From NCBI GenBank assembly GCA_023213395.1, contig CM041465.1:204049741-204113740 (forward strand): a stretch of DNA of 64,000 bases, in the 5' to 3' direction. Position numbers and translations under genes: made by a program. Origin of the DNA: Cycas panzhihuaensis. Its lineage: Eukaryota; Plantae; Cycadophyta. This document shows, piece after piece, positions 23,001-34,295 of this stretch (its first letter is position 1; the number at the start of each line of letters is the position of its first letter). Under the pieces are notes generated by a model. The model did not search any database and was not told the DNA's origin. It saw nothing but the letters and a program-made list of their open reading frames with translations.

Positions 23001-26000
23001 GAATTACGTCATCTTCTTTAGAATCCCATGATACATTGTTACCTTTACTTGGTTCATCCAAACATAATTCCATCAGGTAACATTTTGAGGATTCTCCAGC
23101 TTCTTCCCAAGCCGATTGTAACCAGTCTAACAGATATGTAGATGAAGTCTCACTTGCCATCTGTGGAGGGGTCTTCAATGCTTGGAATGCTGTCTCTGAA
23201 TAGGGACTTACTGTCGTGGCTGTTGATGCTGTTGTTGAGGACATTTGATCTTCATCTTCTGTTTTTTCAACATGCGGACCATCTGAACACTGAGGCAGTA
23301 CAACTTTCTTTCCTGCTGAATGCAAGGTAAAGGTCAATCTTCCCCAATCCTGCAAGGCCTTTGTCGCCAGCAACCATGGTCACCCTAACAGTGCTGGATA
23401 TGTTTTACTATGGTCTTGCATTCTGACGACTGCAAAATCCAATTGAACTGTAATTCTTGCTACAGTTACTGGAATGTTCAACAAGGACCCCATGGGTCGA
23501 ACCTGCAATTGGTTAGCTAACCGAATTGTATAGTCCGGGGAAACCAGTTTTGGCCGTCCCAAAGAGATCCAAGAAGATTCAGGGAGTACATTTACTCTTG
23601 ATCCTCCATCCACCACTGTTTTGCAAATCAAGGTTCCCAACAACATCATTGGAACTCATGGGTCAATTGCATCCATCTTCATTGTTCTTAACACTGGTTT
23701 TTCCATATGATGCAGAAAATAACCAGCTTCCCACCATTTAAAAATCACAGATATAGGAATAGATATACCTGATTCCATTAGCAGCTCCTTTACAATTTGC
23801 AATTTCTGCCAAGGATTTTGCTCCTCGTGTGCCAATGATCTTCTCTGGTATACCTTTCCTTTAAATCAATTTGTTTGTTCCATTTCATCCAATTGTACTG
23901 TCCTTGTCGCCTCTTGTATTGCATCATGACTTCCTGCAGTCTCTTCTTTTCCACTGCTGGATCTGGAAAATTTGCAGTGTCTGTTAGGTTTGTGGCTTTT
24001 CCGCTTCTGCGCACATATCTTGGCTTTTCCTTATCCGGAATTTTTGTAGCCAGATTTGAAGTTTGTATTTTAAGACCAGGATTCTTTGGACAGTTCGCCC
24101 ATTCATGGTCTGCTGGGCCACATTCTTCACAGATATAATCTTTTCCCTGTTTCTCTAATGGACGATGCGTCACGAAATGTCCCCATCTTGAACACAGATG
24201 GCAGTGGACTGGTTTTGTCTTCCCTTTGTATTGCTTACAGGAAGAATTTTCCTTCTTCTGGTAAAAGGATTCTCTTGGTGGATTTCTGTAATAACATTCC
24301 CATGTATTATGGTTTTCCCTCCTACAGATTTCACACCATTTCTTCTCTCTTTGCTGATGTTCATTTCTAAAATGACCCTGTTGTCCGCAAGGGGGTGGGC
24401 ACCATATGTTCTCTCGTGCTTTTCCCACTTTTAGTTTGGCTATTTCATTTCTTAACTTTTCGATCTCGTCATTCTGCTGATTTTCGTGAGCATCACAAAG
24501 GACCGTTGTTTCACAGATTTCAGTTCTTTTTGACTTTTCAATTTCTGGATTTGTGGACCATAAGGATGCTTGTCCTGGATTTTGGATTCCACTGTATGCT
24601 GTCCTCGTCTGGTTTTCGAATCGCAACGCCAATTCTTTAACTTGTTCATAATTATTTAAAGGATGAAACATGATTTTTTCCTTTAAATGAGGTAATAAAC
24701 CTTGTCTGAAATACTTGAGTGACAAAGATAGAATTAATTGGAACAAGAGGATCCATTTTATTTAATATAATTCTTAATCTACCATCAAAGTCATTGGTGA
24801 TTCACACGGAATTTGTCGATTTCTTCCGGGGCACGAAATACCGCCATTGGATCTCTTAACCTTTGAAATCTGTCCAGAAATTTCGTTTGAACTGCTTCCC
24901 AACTGGGATTTGTTCCTGCGACATATTGGTACCACGCAATTGCTGTTCCCTGCAATGTGGAAAAGAATCTAGCTTTGATTTCTTCTGGATCTTTAATTTT
25001 CTTGATTTTTAACATGTTGGAGAACAAAGCCAGATGATCTCCGGGGTCTCCAGAACCATCAAACTGAAGATGTCCAAACATAGCATCGTTTTGCACCACT
25101 ACATATGGAGAGATTGTTTGACTTCCTCCACTTCCTTGCGACATTGTTCTTGGACCCGAAGATGCTGGTCTTGTTGGTTCAATTATGTTCAGTTCGTCCT
25201 TGCTTCCCTCTTGCTTCAATGTTGCACTTTCTAGGCTCTCTTCAATGAATGATGACCCTGTGAACATACGAGTCATTCTATACAATGGATTCAATACATG
25301 AGAGTGATCTTTTACCTGCAGAATATAACAATCCCACCCTGCTGAGGTGGTGTTGTATACTTCTAATTTTAACAAATTTTCTTCCCTTGTCTCAGTCTGC
25401 AAACTTCCTTCTTGCTTGTTTGTCAGTTCCTGTTTTCCTTTGGGATTCAAGTCCTCCTGCACTCTTTCATTATACCTGGGCAATTCTTCATTACTCAATG
25501 TTTTTTGTGAATTTTCGTAATTTATGATAATTCTACATAGTTCTTTTGTTGATCATTCCGCCTATCTGTGTCTTCATTCAGGTGCAACCCTTCCTGGGTT
25601 TGCCAATCTACTATTTGCTGAGTTTTCAGCAAATTTTCAACTTCTTCTGGCCGCAACCCTTTATGGGTTGCCAGCCTTCTTCTTGCTGTGTTTCCAGCCA
25701 AATTCCAGTCTTTTCTTGGCGCTCCCTTTGCTGGGTTTGACGCCCTTCCTTTCGCTGATTTTTCAGCAAATTCCCTCTATCTTCTTGGCGCAACCCTGAC
25801 TGGGTTTGCTGCCCTTCTGCGTGCTAGATTTCCAGCAAATTCTCCGCTTCTACTTGGCGCAACTCTGACTGGGTTTGCCGCCCTTCTGTGTGCTAATTTA
25901 TCAGCGAATTTCCTGCTTCTACTTGGCGCAACCCTGACTGGGTTTGTCGCCCCTCCTCTTGTTGGTTTTCTAGCAAATTCTCCGCTTCTACTTGGCGCAA

Positions 26001-26480
26001 CCCTAACTGGGTTTGTTGCCCTTCCTGTTGCTGGTTTTCTAGCAAATTCTCTGTTTCTACCTGGCGCAACTCTGACTAGGTTTGCTGCCCTAAATCAACC
26101 ACTTGTTTTTGCTTTAAACTTTGGATTATTTGCAAATTTTCCCGTACCTGATTGTCGTGAAGATTTTGCAGGTCTCGCTCTTCCCCGTCTTTATTTTCTG
26201 CTTGATTTGACTTTTCTTTTCCGTCAGGAATTTTGCCGCTTTTCTCTTCCTTTGGCCGTCTCGTGTCTTCCTGGGGCTCCCCGTCCTTATTGCATTCTAC
26301 CGGTGCTACTGGGGTCTGGCTCTCCTCCTACCACCCCTTCCAACCTCGCTTTTTTACCGGTTTTTTCTCTATTGGCTCCCTGGGTCTTTGTGCGCCTTCC
26401 TGGCTCTTCTCCGCGTCCCAGCGTCGGCTTCTTTTGTCCCGCGTCTCTGTCTTCTTCAGCGAGTTGACCCTAGGTGGCAT
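19990..26480 (-). pseudogene. gag-pol polyprotein of element B (disrupted)
   Basis: ATG at 26480; capsid 24791-25498; zinc knuckles 23790-24746; protease 23380-23649; RT 22060-23373; RH/INT 20811-22010; INT C-terminus (RWLGPY, VNGSRLKLY) 19990-20547. Confidence 0.95.
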
Positions 26481-26526
26481 GAACGGCCTCTGGTTTTTAG
26501 TCTTTCATCATATTTCCATTAGGAAA

Positions 26527-26542
26527 CCCGGCAACGGAACCA
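26527..26542 (-). promoter_or_regulatory. Primer-binding site of element B (tRNA-Glu)
   Basis: Plus strand reads CCCGGCAACGGAACCA, a tRNA-like 3' end including CCA. Confidence 0.85.
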
Positions 26543-26545
26543 ATA

Positions 26546-27234
26546 TGTATGCGCCTCAATCATACTCATAACATACAAAAATGCAAGGAGAAAGACACAC
26601 ACGTTGGGAGTAAAATCATCCGGAATTGCTTTCATTCAAAAACATGGCACTACGCCTGGTCCTCTCACAACCAGACGCTTGCCAGAACAGTACAGAATGG
26701 TTGCCCTAACACGTGGCGCAGCACTATTACAATTACATATATGCAAACTGAATCATGTTCCGCACATTGCGGTTCCAACTTTTATATACAAATTATGGAA
26801 GTTATATAACCGTTTCCTAATAATAAGTTATTTCTTGTAACTGTCATGGAGTGCTCATTGCCGAGACAGACCCATTTTCTGCCCGAATAGCAGCTAGGTA
26901 GCGATTCGCTTGATTACGTAACGATCGCTTCTGATTACGTAGCGATTACATGATTGCATAGCGGTCACCACGATCGCATAGCGATCAGCCATGATTGCGT
27001 AGCGATTCTTTGCACCTGCGTAGCGATTCTTGTCACATGTAGCGATTGCAACTCTGTAATAGTTCCATAGCAGCCCTGTAGTAGTTGTAGCAGTCCTATA
27101 GCAGCCCTGTAGTAGTTGTAGCAGCCCTGTAGTAGTTGTAACAGTCCCGTAGCAGCCTTGTAGAAGTTGTAGCAGTCCTGTAGCAGCCTTGTAGTAATTG
27201 TAGCAGCAAAATCAACTACTTTTCCCTACACACA
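26546..27234 (-). repeat. 5' LTR of element B with expanded ~19-bp repeats
   Basis: 689 bp versus ~575 bp for its 3' LTR; extra GCAGCCCTGTAGTAGTTGTA-like units at ~27070-27205. Confidence 0.93.
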
Positions 27235-30200
27235 ATCATAAATAAGTACAACAAGCTCTCTGCATCTACTCTCCTTGCATCAATCAACAAATTTGTTGAA
27301 TTGAGTCCAATGATGAGAGTAAGATCACCCTTCATTAATAATGAGAGTGCAAGCAAAGAAAAAAGCAACAAAGCAAAGAAACATAAGGTACAACTCATGC
27401 ATGCTCTTGTATATGAGAGAACAAATATAGAAATACAACTCTCAAAAGAACCTGCCTAATGTGGCTCATCAATTAACTCGAAAAAAAGAATGAACAAGAA
27501 TTAGACATTAATTTTAACACCCCCTCATAATGTGTAATTCATTCTCTTTCACACATATGAGCTTTTTGAACCTCTCAAACTCCTCGTGACTCAATGCCTT
27601 AGTGAGAATGTGAACAAATTAATCTTCTGCTCTCAATTGCACCTACTCTCGAATAAAATGATTTGATTCACATCTAGAAAACTTAGAACAAATGAAATAA
27701 TCATCAATGCATGAATACCACATCGTTGGTGCCTACTTAAGCCCATATAAGACTTTCTTCAACCTGCATACAAGATGCTCTTCACTAACTTACACAAAAC
27801 CTGAGTTGTTGCATATAGACCTCCTCATCAAGAATGCCATGGAGGAAAGCACTCTTGACATCCATCTAGCGGAGTTCCCAATCAAAATGAGATGCAAGAT
27901 TTACCCGCATTCAGATGGTAGTCATTTTGGTTACAAATGCAAAAGTTTCTTCGAAATTTACGCATTCAGTCTGCACATAGCCTTTGGCTACAAGTCAAGC
28001 CTTGTATCCATCAATAGCACCATCAGATCAATACTTCGCTTTGTATACCCATTTGTATCCAATAGATTTCTCACCTGAAGGAAGCTCAACAAGATTCCAT
28101 GTGTCATTTTTAAGAATGGAGACATACTCCTCATCATTAGCTACCAATAAGATGCATCATTAGCTTAAGCAAATGACTCAAGTTCATCAATGTTTAAGAC
28201 ATTTGACATTAAGGCATAATTGGCCTTGCTCCATGTCTGAAACCTACATCAATGTTGATGTCACCAACCTTGGAATCTTTGATGATTTGAATATACCACT
28301 TAGGTAACTTTTTAAGAGGAGAGGAGGAAGATGGAACATCTATAGGAATTTCCTCATTCTTTTCATTAGTTTCATTCTTCACTTCTTTAGTATCAACATT
28401 TACAATGGAAACAATTCCCTCATCAGACTCATCAAACAAAACATTCCTACCTATTACAATCTTCCTCTTAAGGGATCCCAGAGCCTATATGCTTTGGATG
28501 ACTCACTATGCTCAACAAGGATACACTTATGATTTTTGTCATCAAACTTTTGTCTCTTTACATCACGCACATGAACAAAAGCAATATATCCAAACACTTG
28601 AAGATTACAATCTGAGAATTTTCTACCCATCCAAGCTTTTTTAAGAGTTATGTTTCGAACAACTAGAGTTGAACTTCTGTTCAAAATGTACACAACTGTA
28701 TTTATAGCTTCACCCTGAAAACCATTTGAGACATTTATGGCTTTAAATATACATCTAGCCATCTCATCAATGGTAGGATTCTTCCTTTTGGCCACACCAT
28801 TCTATTGTAGTTTATAGGATGTAATCAATTGTTGTTGAATGCCATGATCCTTGCAAGAAGTTGTGAATTAAGTTGACAAGTACTCGTCTCCGCTGTCGCT
28901 CCTTAGAATCTTGATCTTCTTTCCACGAAAGTTTTCTCTTTTGGCCTTGAATTTCTTGAACTTTGTAAATGCTTAAAACTTATTATTCTGAAGGTAAACC
29001 CAAGTCCTCTTAGCGAAGTCATCAATGAAGGTCATGAAGTACTTTGCGCCTCCAAGTGAAATTAGTGTAATTGGTCCACATAAGTTAGAATGAACCAACC
29101 AACTCCAATTTGTCTTTAACCTACCATGTGAACTTGACAAATTTCTCCCTATGCTATTTCCCTAATACATGTGCTATAGATTTAATCACATCTCTAAACT
29201 AGAGGAAGGTCATGTGCCATTTTTAGCTTATTCAACAATTGTAGACTGTGATAGTTCAGATGACCAAAGTGATCATGCCATAAAGTATCAGATGAACTTG
29301 CAATAAGACCATGCTTAGGTGTGCCAAAGAATTTATACATGCCATTCTCCTCAGCTCCTTGACTAATTACAAAATCGCCATCATTTATGACACATTTGGC
29401 GACATCAAACACTACCTTCAAATTTAACTTAGCCACAACTTATATAAAGCAAAATGTGCTTATATGATGGTACATAAAGCACATTAGAGATCTTGATCTT
29501 ATGGCCAAGTTGATTGAGAATAATTGTACCCTATCTAACTGCTTTATGTTGGTTGTTGTCACCATTAACAATGGTTTGGTTATGACCTTCTTTGAGTTCA
29601 CTAAACCATTCTTTATGAAAAGTAATATGGTTTGAGGCACCAAAATCAATGTATAGAATACCATTTGTCCCAGAAATAGCACTAAACACAAAGACTTTTC
29701 CATCATCATTAGCAATTAAGGCAGTAGTTTCATTTTGGATTTCATACAGGTCTTACAAAGTTTGCCATGCATCTTTTGATGAAAGTCTTGTCGTGTAGAT
29801 GAGTGATGAGGTCATCAACAACAACAAGTCTAATAATTACTAGTGTTTCTCTATCACAATCCTCCCAATCTTCAACATCCTTAACTATCACAGTTGAGGT
29901 AGATGGAGTAGATCCAATTCCAACCTAAACGGTGGTTACAATTAGCTTTGGTTCCTTCCCTTCAACAAGTTTCATTAATTTCTTAAGGCCAAAATATTAG
30001 AAATTTTGAATTTCCAAATTACATAATTCTTACCATTAAGCTTGTGTGCATCTAGTAAAACATAACTAGCAATGTTAACACTAGACATTATAAAAAAAAG
30101 AAAAAATGCACATGACCAAGACCACAAGTGTAAGTTTATAAAGGAATTCAGTCACTGCAAGGTCTTGTTACAAATTTGACCTTTGAAATGAAAGTACAAC

Positions 30201-30906
30201 AAAAATTATGAAGCTAGAAACTAAAATCATTGAAATCAAACATCTAATAGGTGAGTTATCCAGTTTAACCCCTTTTCGGAGTCTTAAACCCTTATTGCAT
30301 ATGACCAGCAACTAAAATCATAAAGTGTGGACTTCAAACAAATTACCATATGCTTTAATTTCTCTTAAAACTTTAGAGATTAAAAATTAAAGAAAATGTA
30401 AACTTGCATATGATTTTTTATCATTTTTCAACATCAACATCATCCAAATGTCACCCGTGCAACTTCATGGAGCTCAATCGATCAATTCTGAAGCAAATTT
30501 TTGCATTTGACAGAAAATTTTGACTTATCAATCTCACCACACATTAGTGAAACAATGAGCTAAAATCTATAATTTAAGAGCAAGAGATGGGGTTTTGAAG
30601 GCAGCCTTCTTCTCTGGTTTTCTGAGATTGTTTAACACCAAAAGATCTCATTCTGGAGGCAAAAATCAATGTCAGCTTAATGTTAAACTCTATTGGAAAC
30701 AAAGATTTGAAATGACCAATGATGCCAAAAAATGCCCCTATAGAAAAACTAACACCCTTTTCACTGAAAAACCCTTTGTGGGTTTGCTTAAAGTCTACAA
30801 AAACCAATAATGGAGATTTGCATTGCAAAAATATCAAGCTTAGAAACAGAAATGCATGCTAAGACTAAAAAATTTCCCATTAAATAAACCTTGGGCTTTG
30901 ATACCA

Positions 30907-31283
30907 TGTTGGTAAATTAGAGTTAAAGCAACGAGAAAATGAGAGCAAAACAAGATCACAATTACACAATGATATACAAGAAATAATCTTGCATTAGATC
31001 ACAAACGAGTACAACAAGCTCTTTGTATCTACTCTCCTTGCATCAATTAACCAATTCATTGAATTGAATCCAATGATGAGAGTAAGATCACTCCTCATTA
31101 ATAATGAGAGTGTAGGTAAAGAATAAAGCAATAAAGCAAGGAAATATCAAAGTACAATTCATGTATGCTCTCGCATGTGAGAGAACAAATATAAAAATAC
31201 AACTCTCAAGAGAACTTGCCTAATGTGCCTCATCAGTTAACTCGACAAAAAGAATAAACAAGGCTTAGACATTATTTTTAATA
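30907..31283 (-). repeat. 5' LTR of the minus-strand Copia
   Basis: Homologous to 7207-7302 + 27240-27519; adjacent PBS. Confidence 0.9.
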
Positions 31284-34254
31284 GTGTAGAATATTCAACA
31301 TTACAAAAACTAATGTGGCTCTTTGTTTGTTTGTCCATTGTTTGACAAGGAAAGCATCTCAATGGTTTCAATCTCTTCCTAATGCTTCTATCACAGATTG
31401 GGAAACTATGTTGGATGCTTTTAAGCCATAGTACACTGGTAGAAAAACTACGGCTACCTTAACAAAGGAATTGTCTACAATCAGAAAGGCATCTAGAGAA
31501 ACTATAACAAGAAATGTCTAGAAGTTTGAGTAAATTTTAAAGATGATTCCTCAAGAAAATGGACCAATTCTTGAAATTGAATTAGAATAGTTCTTGGAAG
31601 GTCTTGACAATGAAATGAGACTCATGGTAGCCTATAAGTATCTTGCTTCAATTACTGAAGCCAAAGCAACATCTATGTGAATGGAACGACTTTGGAATAA
31701 GTATGGGAAAATAAGATCATCTTTAGCCGTAGGTCCAAAAAGGGAAACTCACATTAATACTTTTACTACACCTACTACACATCCTAATCCCCAAACTCAA
31801 GCTTTCTTTGGTAGAAGAGCTATGGAATTCAATTATCACTGTAAAACAAAGTTTAACAATTGCACTCATCTCAAACAAAGTTATACAATTCTCTATTTGT
31901 TTTTGTGTACCTACACCACTATTCAATCAAAAGGCATAACTATAAAATATGGTGCAATTGTTAAGGGGGTAGTTGTCAATCTTCATTACAACTTGCATGA
32001 ATTTAAGCCTACATAAATTGACATCAAATTAGATACCATCAAAGGGCTTGACTCTAAACATTGCACATACAGTTCACCATTGATTTTCTACAAACCTATG
32101 TAGCTATATGTTTTGGTGGAATGGCTGCACGAATCAATTACTAATGGCTAACCCCTACTAAAATAATGGACCTTGAAATTCGTGAAAGGGTATGCTTAAC
32201 GAGAATGTGTGGATAGAGGTTGGCAAGAAGCATTCATTGATTTTTGAAATGTTTTGAAGATAAGTGAAGTAAAGGAGATGCCACTCAATGTTCAAAAGCA
32301 AGAATACCAAAGAAAGGGAAAGTATTCATAGAAGGCTGTTGCCCAAAGAGGAGGAGCAATTAAAGTTGTCAAAACTAATAATGTGCATGGTATGAGAGAT
32401 TCAGGCTTCTAAAGCAAAGGAGGGATAACCTAAAATGGTTCTTAATTAGGATTTAGTCTAACTAAATCAATGGGACACTAAAAATTTACTCTATCATGGT
32501 CAATTTGATTACAAACAGAAAAACTGGTTGCTTAAATTTGAAAAGATGGTTCAGGAAATACTCACAAATTCATATGAATCCATGAAGGCCAAAACAGAGG
32601 AACTTGCAAATTTTATATACATTGTTGCATGTGCTGAACATGAAATGAATTTGCCATGAGGATAACAAAGATCAATGATAAAGTGATAGAACAAAACATG
32701 GCTCCTTATTGCAGAGCAGAAGAAAAAATTACATTGTTGCATAAGTGGAATCAAGCATGATCTAGAACTTTGGAGTTGAAAAAGGAGAGTTGATAGCGAG
32801 TTAATACTAGAAGAGAATGAGATGCCCTTGCTATAAAGAGCTAATGGTTTTAGCAAAGGATTAGTGAGCAACAAGTTGGCATTGCCAATCTAATGGGAGA
32901 ACTAGCTAATATTCAAGAAGAGTTATGGCATCTAAAGGGTGGTTCTATTAGTAGGGAGGTGGTCAAGGGAAACAACCTACATTAGACCCACATAGATATG
33001 GAATTAAGGGAGTAGACCATCAAATAGTCCTTGAAGAGATGTGTGCAGGAAAAGAATGTTAGTCAGATAACTACAACTTTGTAATCAACAACTAATAGAA
33101 CAAGTAAACAAGGACTAGTAGACTAGGTAATCAAAGATTGAGCAAGCAAAACATGCAAGAGAGAGAAAAATAGACCAAAGAACATACTGTTGTCCAAAAT
33201 GATTAGGTAACTGATCTTTAAATAGGGAATAATCGATGTCTCAACAATGAGGAGTCAACATCTAAGTAACGACTATCTAGAACATAGTAACTGGCATGCA
33301 TCGATGCATTGCCATGCATAGGCATATGGTCATATGTAGTTAACTAAGCAAAGTAAGGATTTGTTGTAGTTATTATATAACATAATTATGTATAAGATAG
33401 TAATTATTAGTATTAATTAAGCAAAGGTTTTCAAAATGGATATGATATTAAGGGTTGCACTTTATGCACACCTAAGGGTGGTGTACAAGAAAGAAGAGAA
33501 TGTCTTGGATAAGCAAATCAAGTTTGGTCTTGTGCATTCTATATATCCATGGCTCCATGTTGTGGTAAGAGTGCAATAATGGCCATGTGTGCTTAATTAA
33601 TGAGAAGTTATTGATGTTGACCAAAAGTCATGTAAGCTAAGCAATAATTACATCAATGGCCATATGAATGCCATAGTGTACACAAATGTAGAGTGTTAAT
33701 TTGATAAGGTTAGCAATCTTTCATGTAAGTAGCTTCTAGCCTATTCCTTGCATTTGCCTCAATACAATCAGAGCTCCCAAATAATTTAATAGTGTAGGAT
33801 CATCATTTCCATCTAGTGATGGTAACTCCCAACTTCTCCGTAGTCTTCTTGATATAGAAAGCATACCTTTTCAAAGCTCTGGTGGAAAGTACGATTATCC
33901 CCCTCAACAAGGCCCTACCCACAAGCACAGTGCCATCAACAAAAAATTGATTGTTCATTCCCTTTATAATCATGGAGATTGAACTCCTAAACTACCTCAT
34001 TATTCAAAATCATTATGGATTCCTTCCAAGAACATTAAAGTTGAGTTCAATCCAAATTATCATCTACGTCTCCTACTCACAAGTACAATGTTATTAGCAA
34101 AAACTTGGTGCCTCACTCCTTTCATATTCATTGAGACCAAATTCCTTCTAAGATCCCTTACTAATGAGGACCATTGTGGATTCCTTGCCAATTTCCTTCT
34201 AAGAACATCAAAGCCTTTGCTACTTTCAATCAAAATAATCACTTGCAACTATCT

Positions 34255-34295
34255 CCCTCTCTCTCTCTCTCTCTCACGCACACACACATATATAT
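34255..34295. repeat. Compound (CT)n(AC)n(AT)n microsatellite
   Basis: Directly visible. Confidence 0.85.

Larger units (their letters stand above)
7303..27234 (-). mobile_element. Athila-like Ty3/Gypsy element B (full length, 3' LTR interrupted by element A)
   Basis: 5' LTR 26546-27234; 3' LTR 17271-17774 + 7303-7373. TSD ATCAT at 7298-7302 and 27235-27239. PBS 26527-26542; PPT 17775-17794. gag-PR-RT-RH-INT order plus an extra 3' ORF. Confidence 0.96.
7207..31283 (-). mobile_element. Ty1/Copia LTR retrotransposon, internally deleted, 3' LTR interrupted by Gypsy B
   Basis: 5' LTR 30907-31283; 3' LTR 7207-7302 + 27240-27519. TSD GTGTA at 7202-7206 and 31284-31288. tRNA-iMet PBS (rc GGGCTTTGATACCA, 30893-30906). 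PPT rc from 27520. Minus-strand GAG-pre-integrase (LWHDHFGHLN), integrase and RT remnants in a ~3.4-kb internal region. Confidence 0.92.
7017..31700 (+). mobile_element. Old degenerate Ty3/Gypsy gag split by the Copia insertion (pieces 7017-7206 and 31289-~31700)
   Basis: Joining across TSD GTGTA gives ...FKGDGTQTGEKLLKGFSILCV/E...LFVHCLTRKASQWFQSLPNASITDWETMLDAF, a Retrotrans_gag-like pattern with many stops. Confidence 0.7.

Noticed and set aside
7374-27234. Inverted duplication as a long-read fold-back or assembly artifact
   Set aside because: Each copy has its own TSD (AAAAT, ATCAT) and independent substitutions. The 71 bp missing from B's 3' LTR is found displaced at 7303-7373, as a true insertion predicts.
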